Below, piece after piece: positions 1 to 7,495 of a stretch of 43,743 nucleotides of DNA. The stretch covers positions 1 through 43,743 of IMG/VR virus record IMGVR_UViG_3300043633_000029, one strand, 5' to 3'. Position 1 is the first letter of the stretch; each line of letters begins with the position of its first letter. The notes under the pieces were generated by a model. The model saw only the letters and a program-made list of their open reading frames with translations, searched no databases and was not told where the DNA came from. Source of the DNA: a virus (Duplodnaviria; Caudoviricetes). A program made the position numbers and the translations under genes.

Positions 1-251
1 TAGTCCCAAAACCTGTCCTTTACGAGGCTGGGAAGTACCGTTGAGTTCTTACCCTTGGGTAAGTCGTAGTCGGCTGCGAACTTCTGCGCAGCGACGATAG
101 CCACCGAACGGGGATTCGACATTGCGTACCCCTCCCCGTAGGCGACCTTTACAGGGGACTCGACCAGTGACTTAGGGACATCAGGACGAGCCCTCTGTAA
201 GTCACGGAGAATGGTTCCCCATTCAACGATGAAGACATCGGGCTCGTTCAT
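1..251 (-). CDS. Hypothetical protein, 83 aa (MNEPDVFIVEWG...DRFWD); stop codon completed across the contig junction
   Basis: ATG at 251 overlaps the upstream stop (TGATG). The frame is open to position 3, and bases 2, 1 and 43743 read TAA on the minus strand. Confidence 0.75.
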   Translation of the reverse strand, partial: MNEPDVFIVEWGTILRDLQRARPDVPKSLVESPVKVAYGEGYAMSNPRSVAIVAAQKFAADYDLPKGKNSTVLPSLVKDRFWD

Positions 252-628
252 CAGATGGCCTTTCGGGGGCCCTTGGCCGGGAATGTCGAGTTGATCCATC
301 CCTCCAGGACGGTTACGCGATGCTCCAACTCCGCGATCCGCTGCTCGTGGGCGAGAAGCATGGCTGAGTCGGCCCCGTAGGCCGGGCTGGTAGACTTGGG
401 CTTATTGGCTGCGATCTTGAACTGGTCGCGGCGGGCCTTGATTGTGTGGTCCTTGATGACGGTCCCCGGTCGCAGGGTGATCTTCGTCATTGCGTAGTCT
501 GCGAACTCGGTGTCGGCCAGGCCGGAGGAGGTGTACTCCGCTAGCATCAGGTTTACCAGGTTGTGGTTCTCGATCATCGTCAGAAACTGACGGCTGACCT
601 TGCTCTCGGCGTTCTCGATCATATACAT
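251..628 (-). CDS. Hypothetical protein with C-terminal coiled coil
   Basis: 125-aa ORF with AGGA RBS and an upstream TATAAT (667-672); heptad-like HEQRIAELEHRVTVLE. Confidence 0.7.
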   Translation of the reverse strand: MYMIENAESKVSRQFLTMIENHNLVNLMLAEYTSSGLADTEFADYAMTKITLRPGTVIKDHTIKARRDQFKIAANKPKSTSPAYGADSAMLLAHEQRIAELEHRVTVLEGWINSTFPAKGPRKAI

Positions 629-778
629 TCCTAGGGTTGGGATTACGGGGACGGCCCCCGTACTAGATTATAACTCTGGAACTAGGGGTTTCTGGCTAGT
701 TTGAATTAAGGGGGTAGGCAGTTAGTCGCATGCCTAGGCCAAGCCACTTGAGATGAATAACTCGGGCGTGTGGCAAAC

Positions 779-1693
779 TTAGAACTTCTTGCTTGGCGTA
801 GCTGCGCCCCTGGCGGCCTTCTCGGCATCCTCGGCGTCGGGCTTCGGCATGTTGACCGGCTTCGCGCTGATCGACTCGTGGCGGGTCAGGAGGGCCATCA
901 TCAGCCCCTCGTCCTTGATCTGCTCGATGATCTTGAAGTGGACCATGAACAGGAAGCGGTCGTGGGGGGTGACGCTGATCTCGACCACGGCCCCGAAGAT
1001 GGGAGTGTCGAGGACGTTGACGATCTGGTTGGCGACCTTTTGGAAGTTGTCGATGCTCGTCGCGGGCGGGATCATCGTCATGTACGAGGCCCGAGCCACG
1101 TCAGCGGGGTTGGTACAGTCGTCGGCGGCGAAGACATGGAGGCGGCGGCTCGTCTTACAGGCCTTGCCCTTACCACCTTTGAGGTCGCTGCCCCACTGGA
1201 ACATCGGGCAATCCTCGCACATCACGCCGGGAGCCACCTGGGGGTCGCTGGCCTCGGTCTTCCACTCGCCTGTCTCCGGGTCACGCGACCAAGGGGTCAG
1301 GTCCTCGTGGGGGCGGACGATCGCATAGCAGGACGGGATCGCGGGGACATTGGGGTTGTACGGCTTGTCGTAGAACTCATAGTCCTTGCGGTAGTCGATG
1401 ATGATACACCGGAGCTTGTCGCCCGGGATGATCTCGTCTGCGAGGGTCATACGGCCCCCCTTGAAGCTGATGAACCCACCGGCTGGCTTCTCGGCTAGCT
1501 TGGTTTGCTTCGTCAGGACCGCCATTCGGTCCTTCCAGTTGGCTATCTCGGTGCCCGGCTTCTTGGGCTCGGGCGGCGGTGTCTCCCCTTTCGGGGTGAT
1601 GTCTTCGGCGGGGGGTTTCGGCATGGGGGGAACTCCTTTGGTGGGTGGCAGGGGGGTGATCTTGTCGAGGCCGGGATTGACGGGTTTCATCAC
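779..1693 (-). CDS. Conserved phage replication-module protein, putative ssDNA-binding protein with Cys motifs
   Basis: FISFKGG...FYDKPYNP...PSCYA...CEDCPMFQWGS...KGKACKTSRRL pattern recurrent in PolA-encoding phages; Pro-rich N-terminus; strongly biased codon usage. The SSB function is inference. Confidence 0.6.
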   Translation of the reverse strand: MMKPVNPGLDKITPLPPTKGVPPMPKPPAEDITPKGETPPPEPKKPGTEIANWKDRMAVLTKQTKLAEKPAGGFISFKGGRMTLADEIIPGDKLRCIIIDYRKDYEFYDKPYNPNVPAIPSCYAIVRPHEDLTPWSRDPETGEWKTEASDPQVAPGVMCEDCPMFQWGSDLKGGKGKACKTSRRLHVFAADDCTNPADVARASYMTMIPPATSIDNFQKVANQIVNVLDTPIFGAVVEISVTPHDRFLFMVHFKIIEQIKDEGLMMALLTRHESISAKPVNMPKPDAEDAEKAARGAATPSKKF

Positions 1694-2043
1694 ACTTCCT
1701 TCACAGTGTAGGCGGTCTTGGTGTCGGTGGAGATACCGGGGATGATCTCACCGGCTTCGATACGCTCCATGATGGCCGACTCGGTCAGGCGCTTGTGGAG
1801 CAACTCAGGAGCGTTCTGGGCGATGACGTAGCGGTGGAACTGGGTCCAATCGTCGCACTTCGGCACGTCCTTGGACTTGGCGAACAGGGCATACTTGCCG
1901 TACACGCCTGCCTTGACGTTGGCGGCGGCTAGTTCTGCGGTGAGGTTCTTTTCCTCTTGTTCGAGGATGGCGGCCTTGGCGGTGAGCTTGAGGCGCTCGG
2001 TGCGCTTGTCGAAGAGGGCCTTGAGAATTGCTTTCGTGTCCAT
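1690..2043 (-). CDS. Conserved phage hypothetical protein (DW..F..Y...ELLHKRL...GE.IPG type)
   Basis: 117 aa, AGGAC RBS, GTGA overlap with the downstream gene; motif typical of the small gene next to the SSB-like gene. Confidence 0.7.
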   Translation of the reverse strand: MDTKAILKALFDKRTERLKLTAKAAILEQEEKNLTAELAAANVKAGVYGKYALFAKSKDVPKCDDWTQFHRYVIAQNAPELLHKRLTESAIMERIEAGEIIPGISTDTKTAYTVKEV

Positions 2044-2165
2044 AGTGTCCTAGTGATAAAGTTGGTAAGGGGTTTAACGTGGGCCCCCCGCTACGGGGAG
2101 GACGCAGCGGGGGGTTCCACGGGCGGTGTGACCGCCGGTACAGGCCCCCTAGAGGGCCTAGCTCG

Positions 2166-2185
2166 ATTATAGCCTACTTTTTGGC
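2166..2185 (-). promoter_or_regulatory. Putative phage promoter GCCAAAA-N7-TATAAT
   Basis: Minus strand reads GCCAAAA AGTAGGC TATAAT CGA. Intergenic, with the same layout as the sites at 6774, 8664 and 34963. Confidence 0.55.
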
Positions 2186-2189
2186 TATA

Positions 2190-2489
2190 TTAGGCGGGCT
2201 GAACTTCTTTTGGTTTAGGCTTGTAGTAGCTCTTACGATGAGCTGGCTTCTCGGCCGCACCGAAGTTGTCGGGCAGGTCGCTGATGCGGCACTCGGCCCC
2301 CTCGGGCAGGTGCTCGCGCACATACATGGCTACGTTCTTGTAGAGCCAGTACGTATTTCGGAACTCCTGCCACTTGGTAGTCTTAGCCTCGCAGGTTTCG
2401 CCGTTGACTTGAATAGTCAGTGGCTTGCCGACCCGCGGCATTGCGTAGAAGTGGATGGGGATCACTCTCCCCTCGTATTGTAGGTCCAT
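2190..2489 (-). CDS. Hypothetical protein (~99 aa, MDLQYEGRV...)
   Basis: ATG at 2489 is preceded by AGGAG, so it is preferred to the ORF-track start at 2555. Confidence 0.65.
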   Translation of the reverse strand: MDLQYEGRVIPIHFYAMPRVGKPLTIQVNGETCEAKTTKWQEFRNTYWLYKNVAMYVREHLPEGAECRISDLPDNFGAAEKPAHRKSYYKPKPKEVQPA

Positions 2490-2609
2490 AGTCAACTCCT
2501 TGAAAGCTAGAGTATAACCTGGAAACAAACGGGAGGTAAAGAGGCCATGACACAACCAGAATAGTAGCGGATTCTAGGCCGGAGGACTATACTAGAAGGC
2601 CCCGCCGTC

Positions 2610-2637
2610 AAAAAGAACCACCCCCGAGGGGGTGGTT
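2610..2637 (-). terminator. Rho-independent terminator-like hairpin
   Basis: Minus strand AACCACCCC-CTCG-GGGGTGGTT followed by CTTTTT. Confidence 0.55.
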
Positions 2638-2744
2638 ATTAAGTCAACTAGGTAGAGGCAACTGCTTAGTTGAGAGGACGGGGATTGAGGAATCCATTAC
2701 TCCGGGGTAATTATACCCCGGCTTTAGACAAAGCGAGGACGTTT

Positions 2745-4856
2745 ATGGCCACCCCCACGTCACCCTTCTCCCGAGGGCTGATATCGCAAACCGAAGATGT
2801 ACAACTACTTGACGAATACCTTAACAAACGCACCCTAGAACCTAGTGACTTCCCCCTGGGTCTCATCCCTATGCGGGAGCCGACCATACTCAGGGAGAGG
2901 GGCTACGCCAACGTCAGCGCAGGTCGCCCCTTCATTTTCCTCAGGTACCTCAGACCTGATGGCTCCCCCTACTACAAGAACAAGGACCCCTATGAGTTGG
3001 TGAGGTTCCTGGGCGACGTTAAGATGTGGCGAGGCGAGAAGGCCCCGCCCAAGGCGATCAGCCCCGGGGGGCGACCACCGGTACTACACTTTGAGCCTAT
3101 CGGGGGCGGGCGAGATTGGGGCTCCCTCCCTGACGGCACCGTTGTCCTCCACGTAGAGTCCCTCATTAAGGCGAAAGTAGTACATAAGTGGCTACCCGAT
3201 AATCCCTGCGTCGGTCTCAATGGCGTATGGGGCTGGACGAGTAGCAAGATGGGGGTTGAACTGACCTATGCCGATACCGGCGTGGACTTTACTCGGTTCA
3301 AGAACGTCATCCTGTTCGACTCGAATACCCACAAGCCCGACGTAGCAAGGGCCAGGCATTCCCTGGCCTTTAAGCTGCGCAACGTGCTAGGGTGCAAGGA
3401 GGTGTACCTTGCTGAGCTCCCCCGGCCGTCCAAGCTAGAGTACGATGATCCCGATTGGGGCCCCGATGACTTCCTGAGAGTCAAGGCCGACCCTAACCAG
3501 CTTGTAGACGTTATCAACGCGGCTACCCCATTCGTGGGGAGCCTAGACGATCCCTTGATCGAGGCTATCAAGGACAAGATAGTCTATTGCACATCCACTA
3601 GCTCGGTGATCGACCGGGAGTTCAAAGATGTGATGGATACTACTCACGCCAAAGAGCGATACTCTACGATCAACCGCAAGGAGTTGGTGGGTAAGAGTAC
3701 CAAGATCACCTACGCTTTCAAGCTATGGCAAGACGATGCGGAGGCGCGCAGGGAGGTCAGGGCCCCGTGCTATCGCTACTTGGGCGAGGAGTTTGTAGAG
3801 AAGGGGGATGGAGATTATTACAACCTCTACGTCAAGAGTGGGGTTTGGCCGATAGGGGAGGTTGGTGAGCGAACGGGGGCCGCTGACGCCATGATCGCCC
3901 AGATACACAATATGCTAGGGGACGAGGGGGCCTACAGGTTCCGCACCTACTTCCGGTTCCTCAAGTTCAATCCTAACAAGCCGTGTACGTTCCTGGTCCT
4001 GTACGGTAAGCGGGGCCACGGTAAGGGTTGGTCTACCAAGATAGCCCATCGGCTGATCGGGAACGCTAACACATCGGTCACCCGAGGCAAGGAGTTGGAT
4101 AACAACTTTAATGCCCTCTTGGGAGCCAAGCGGCTATTGATCTTCAACGAGTATAGCGTGTCTGGCTCCTACCAGGCCTCACTTAATGCGATCAAGGGAT
4201 TGGCCGGGGACGAGTACATTGTGATCGAGAAGAAAGGCCAAGACGCCTACCACATCGAGAACAATGTGGGGGCGATGTTTACAACTAACTTCTTGAACGA
4301 GGTCCCCACGGACGGTCTGGAAGATAGGCGGCTCATCTATATGGAGTTAAACAACCGGGTGGACGTTACTCCTGACCAATGGGAGAAGCTACACTCTATG
4401 GTAGACGATGAGGAGATTATGACCGACTTCGCCCAATGGTTGTGGGAGGGGGACGATATCAACTATAGCACTTGGAAGCCCGACCCGTTGGATCACGCTC
4501 GTCAAGAGGCCATATTGGCTAGCTCGGGGGGCCCCATGGGTATGGCCCGTATCATTCTACTCAGGCTGCGGAGCGAGGGCTATGTATGCGCGTGGGGCGA
4601 TACCATACTACACTTGTTTGAGGAGGAGGGCTACGACAATCCCCGCAAGCAATTCGCTGGGCCGCGACTAGCTAACATGCTAGCTAAGGGGGATTGGCAT
4701 AGCACCGGCACCGAGCGATACGGCAGGGCCAATCAACAGAGGGCGGTGTTCATCATCGATCAGGCCAAGTTTGACGATATACGTGGGGACAAGATAGCCG
4801 TGAGGGACGAGGCAGATCGGCTACATAAAGACAAGGTCATCCCAGCCAAATTCTAG
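2745..4856 (+). CDS. Primase-helicase (TOPRIM/DUF3854-like primase plus SF3/D5-like helicase)
   Basis: N-terminal VESLIKAK...CVGLNGVWGW...ILFDS...GPDDFL (TOPRIM-like); Walker A YGKRGHGKG; LIFNE Walker B; IEKKGQD, FTTN and DRR SF3 motifs. ATG 2745 follows GAGGA. Confidence 0.85.
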   Translation: MATPTSPFSRGLISQTEDVQLLDEYLNKRTLEPSDFPLGLIPMREPTILRERGYANVSAGRPFIFLRYLRPDGSPYYKNKDPYELVRFLGDVKMWRGEKAPPKAISPGGRPPVLHFEPIGGGRDWGSLPDGTVVLHVESLIKAKVVHKWLPDNPCVGLNGVWGWTSSKMGVELTYADTGVDFTRFKNVILFDSNTHKPDVARARHSLAFKLRNVLGCKEVYLAELPRPSKLEYDDPDWGPDDFLRVKADPNQLVDVINAATPFVGSLDDPLIEAIKDKIVYCTSTSSVIDREFKDVMDTTHAKERYSTINRKELVGKSTKITYAFKLWQDDAEARREVRAPCYRYLGEEFVEKGDGDYYNLYVKSGVWPIGEVGERTGAADAMIAQIHNMLGDEGAYRFRTYFRFLKFNPNKPCTFLVLYGKRGHGKGWSTKIAHRLIGNANTSVTRGKELDNNFNALLGAKRLLIFNEYSVSGSYQASLNAIKGLAGDEYIVIEKKGQDAYHIENNVGAMFTTNFLNEVPTDGLEDRRLIYMELNNRVDVTPDQWEKLHSMVDDEEIMTDFAQWLWEGDDINYSTWKPDPLDHARQEAILASSGGPMGMARIILLRLRSEGYVCAWGDTILHLFEEEGYDNPRKQFAGPRLANMLAKGDWHSTGTERYGRANQQRAVFIIDQAKFDDIRGDKIAVRDEADRLHKDKVIPAKF

Positions 4857-4868
4857 CCCCTCCGGGGG

Positions 4869-4885
4869 TTTTGTGGGGTACCCTA
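4869..4885 (+). repeat. 17-bp element TTTTGTGGGGTACCCTA, second copy at 35850-35866 on the minus strand
   Basis: Exact match; both copies are intergenic and just downstream of a stop codon. Confidence 0.6.
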
Positions 4886-4887
4886 TG

Positions 4888-4921
4888 GAAAAGGCCCCCG
4901 GAGCGATCCGGGGGCCTTTTC
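4888..4921. terminator. Bidirectional rho-independent terminator
   Basis: Perfect inverted repeat GAAAAGGCCCCCGGA-GCGA-TCCGGGGGCCTTTTC between convergent genes. Confidence 0.85.
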
Positions 4922-4941
4922 TGTCTTGTTCCTGGCGACGT

Positions 4942-5136
4942 TTAGCGCTGGAGGGATAGTACCGGGCGGGGGAGAACGAAGCTGTTGAAGTAACCACCTT
5001 GATAGCGGTCCTTCACCAAGATGGTCGTCGGGCTTTCCCTGTAGGCGTGCCGGGGGCCGGTGATCTTGAGGCCGGCTGTCTCGATGTCGTGCCAAGCTTG
5101 GTTGGCGTCTTGGGGATTCTTGAAGGTGAGCTTCAT
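4942..5136 (-). CDS. Hypothetical protein (64 aa, MKLTFKNPQD...)
   Basis: ATGA overlap with the methyltransferase stop; ends just before the terminator. Confidence 0.6.
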   Translation of the reverse strand: MKLTFKNPQDANQAWHDIETAGLKITGPRHAYRESPTTILVKDRYQGGYFNSFVLPRPVLSLQR

Positions 5137-5759
5137 TCGCTGATCCAAAGGTAAGGGAGGGATTGTTGGGCGGTGTGTTCGAGGCCGGACTTTGTGATGA
5201 AGGGGTTTATTACCCAACCGGTATCCAACAATAAGGAAAAGCCCAGTTCGGTCATGAGTTCTGACTTGGGAGAGTTGTAGGCAAATGTTTCGTTGAACTC
5301 GTCGGTGCCGTCGAACACGTCAAGTACGACCACTGGCCCCCTAGTGTATTCCAGGGCTCTTTCCAGAACCACCCGAGCGTCCATGTGCCCAAGCGCGTAG
5401 GAGATCAGGGTGACGTCCGGGTGGTAGGGGCACGGCAGGTAGTCCTCGGCCCGCTCATGAACGCGCTTACCCGGGCACTTACACAGGTCCAGCTGGGCCT
5501 TGGAGGAGTTGACCAAGGTGAAGTCCAGGTCGGGCCTCATGGCCTTCCAGTGGGCCTCCATACCGCCCACGCCGCAGCCGAGCGACAGGATGTCGGCCGC
5601 CAGGGGAAGCTCCAGGCACTTGAGGATGATCCGCGAGTGTTGGTACTCGTCCGGGTCTATCATGTAGAGTTGGAAGACGCTGCGACCCGCGTCTAGGTGG
5701 GCTTGAGAGACTTCCTTGACGAGGACTTCGTCATCGTAGAGTGGATGGGGTGAAATCAT
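5133..5759 (-). CDS. Class I SAM-dependent methyltransferase (not a DNA MTase by motif)
   Basis: Motif I ILSLGCGVGG, FTLVNSSKAQL, SYALGH, VVVLD; no DPPY/NPPY or PCQ motif. Confidence 0.8.
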   Translation of the reverse strand: MISPHPLYDDEVLVKEVSQAHLDAGRSVFQLYMIDPDEYQHSRIILKCLELPLAADILSLGCGVGGMEAHWKAMRPDLDFTLVNSSKAQLDLCKCPGKRVHERAEDYLPCPYHPDVTLISYALGHMDARVVLERALEYTRGPVVVLDVFDGTDEFNETFAYNSPKSELMTELGFSLLLDTGWVINPFITKSGLEHTAQQSLPYLWISE

Positions 5760-5848
5760 AGTGGTTTGGGGAGGGGGAGGAAAATGACTAGCCCGATCAT
5801 GAAGACCAGGCTAGCCAGGGAGATTGCGGTGAGTATCTCTAGGGTCAC
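5756..5848 (-). CDS. Small single-TM peptide (30 aa)
   Basis: GTGA and ATGA overlaps with both neighbours; hydrophobic ILTAISLASLVFMIGLVIFL. Confidence 0.5.
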   Translation of the reverse strand: MTLEILTAISLASLVFMIGLVIFLPLPKPL

Positions 5849-6117
5849 TTGAAGAGGCGACCGTACAGGACGCCCAGGTAGTAGGTGGTTGAGTGGGGAA
5901 AGCGAGCTTGGAAGGCATCCCAGGCGAACCAGAGGGCCATAAAGGACAAGTACACGACGAGGAACAAGCCGATGGCCTCCCCCCACATAAACAAGGCGAA
6001 GGCTATGCCCCCCAAGACGGCTAGAACGAGGGCTATCAAGACCACGATCAGAACCAACTCGGGGGCCACCATCAGGATGAAGAGGAAGGAGGCAACGCCG
6101 ACCAGGAGTTGGACCAT
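5845..6117 (-). CDS. Small polytopic membrane protein (90 aa)
   Basis: TAATG coupling with the upstream gene; about 65 nearly uninterrupted hydrophobic residues (MVQLLVGVASFLFILMV...). Confidence 0.65.
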   Translation of the reverse strand: MVQLLVGVASFLFILMVAPELVLIVVLIALVLAVLGGIAFALFMWGEAIGLFLVVYLSFMALWFAWDAFQARFPHSTTYYLGVLYGRLFK

Positions 6118-6740
6118 TATAGCAACCCGTAGTTGGCGGCGCAGATCGGGCCGATGGTACGCTCGATGGACTCGGCTGCGGTGAGGAGTCGGCCGCAGAT
6201 CGCGCAGTTGCCTGTCCGCTCCCCATAGGCAATAGCCGCCAGGGTGGGGTCCTTGAGAAGCTCGGCCAGGGGTTGGGAGTGGATGAAGCCGGGGATCGTG
6301 GGGATCCACCGACCGTCCTTGATCTTGCCCAGGTAGGTGTCCTGGAGCGTCACGTAGATGGCCCCGGCGTTGGCCGAGAAGGCCGATGCCGTCTTGAGGT
6401 GGTAGCTACCAAGCCTCATCTGGGGCTGCTTGATCCCCCTTGACTTGGCGTAGCCAAAAATCTCCTCGATGCGGGCCGTGGGGACGACCAGGGGGGCAGG
6501 AGCGTGGGCTTTGACCTCGTCCTCGTCCATCCCGCGCGTGATACACGCCACTTGCTTGGGGGACAGGTAGCCCTTGGAGACCCATTGTTGGTCCAGGGAC
6601 CGCAGGAAGTCGCTGCCCCCCGGGTGGGCCTTGGAGCGAAGCCAGGTGGCTTGCTCTAGGGAGAGGACCACGCGGGATGGGTCGGTGACGGGGGCCGCAG
6701 GGGCTGGGCGAACGTAGGAGGCCAGGTGGGAGATAGACAT
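6117..6740 (-). CDS. DUF6011-like Zn-ribbon protein (207 aa)
   Basis: C-terminal YGERTGNCAICGRLLT..ESIERTIGPICA; N-terminal FLRSL..Q....G.LSPKQ; start at ATG 6740 after the promoter at 6774. Confidence 0.8.
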   Translation of the reverse strand: MSISHLASYVRPAPAAPVTDPSRVVLSLEQATWLRSKAHPGGSDFLRSLDQQWVSKGYLSPKQVACITRGMDEDEVKAHAPAPLVVPTARIEEIFGYAKSRGIKQPQMRLGSYHLKTASAFSANAGAIYVTLQDTYLGKIKDGRWIPTIPGFIHSQPLAELLKDPTLAAIAYGERTGNCAICGRLLTAAESIERTIGPICAANYGLL

Positions 6741-6773
6741 GGTAAGACTTAGGTTTTGGTTAGGGGAGAGTCG

Positions 6774-6794
6774 ATTATAGCCCCCCGTTTTGGC
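6774..6794 (-). promoter_or_regulatory. Putative phage promoter GCCAAAA-N8-TATAAT
   Basis: Minus strand GCCAAAA CGGGGGGC TATAAT CGA; shares GGCTATAATCGA with the 2166 site. Confidence 0.55.
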
Positions 6795-6826
6795 TCGGGG
6801 GGCTAGTCTGGGGGGAGCTTTGGAAC

Positions 6827-7402
6827 CTAGAGGTCCAGGGCCAGGACGGGGGCAGGGAGCTTGTCGCTGACCTCCCCGGCAGGGACCACGCAATCGTAGC
6901 GGTAGATGGGTTGCTCTACCGTCTTGGTGCCGACCTGGACTCGGCGGCACTCGGATGTCTCCTTGTCTTCGTAGGCGTTGAGGTTGACCTCGATGGAGAG
7001 GCCCCCACGGAATTTCCAAGTGAACTTGTAGTCGCGTGAGAAGTAGTCCTTGTTCTCGGAGAGGTCCATCGCGTCAGGCCGGATGGCCGTCAGGGAGTTG
7101 ATGAAGTCGATCATCTTGGGGTCCTCCCACCGCTTGAGGCCGGACATGTAGACGTGGAAGGCGACACGGCTGTACTCGGCGTCCAGGGAGGGGTGTTGGG
7201 CCGTGCTACGGTCCACGGCGAAGATGGCGTTGGCGATCGCGTTGTACTCGTTGGTGACGATGACCGTCTTGAGCTTCTCCAGGGCCGCGATGCGGTTGTC
7301 GACCAGCTCCAGGGCCTGGTCGCTGGGGCGCGCTTCGCGTTGAGAGACACGCTTAGCCACCGCGATGGCCGTGGGATGGGGGGTGTATTGGGTCTTAGCC
7401 AC
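6827..7402 (-). CDS. Hypothetical early protein (191 aa)
   Basis: GTG start after TAAGGA; strongly GC3-biased codons. Confidence 0.75.
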   Translation of the reverse strand: MAKTQYTPHPTAIAVAKRVSQREARPSDQALELVDNRIAALEKLKTVIVTNEYNAIANAIFAVDRSTAQHPSLDAEYSRVAFHVYMSGLKRWEDPKMIDFINSLTAIRPDAMDLSENKDYFSRDYKFTWKFRGGLSIEVNLNAYEDKETSECRRVQVGTKTVEQPIYRYDCVVPAGEVSDKLPAPVLALDL

Positions 7403-7495
7403 GATTGTCCTTAGGGTTGGGTTAGGGTTGGAGCCTGGTGGAAGGCCTCCTTGTAGCCCCCTCCCCCCGTAGGGGGTGGGGACTAGGGGGAGGGC

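Noticed and set aside
770-1498. Long antisense ORFs (also 7502-8476 +, 15199-16512 -, 31970-32998 -)
   Set aside because: They shadow real genes with strong GC3 codon bias or repeats on the opposite strand, and have no RBS or recognisable motifs.
7411-7431. Telomere-like TTAGGGTTGGGTTAGGG
   Set aside because: Only two exact units; better explained as the complement of the C/A-rich leader of the 7402 gene.
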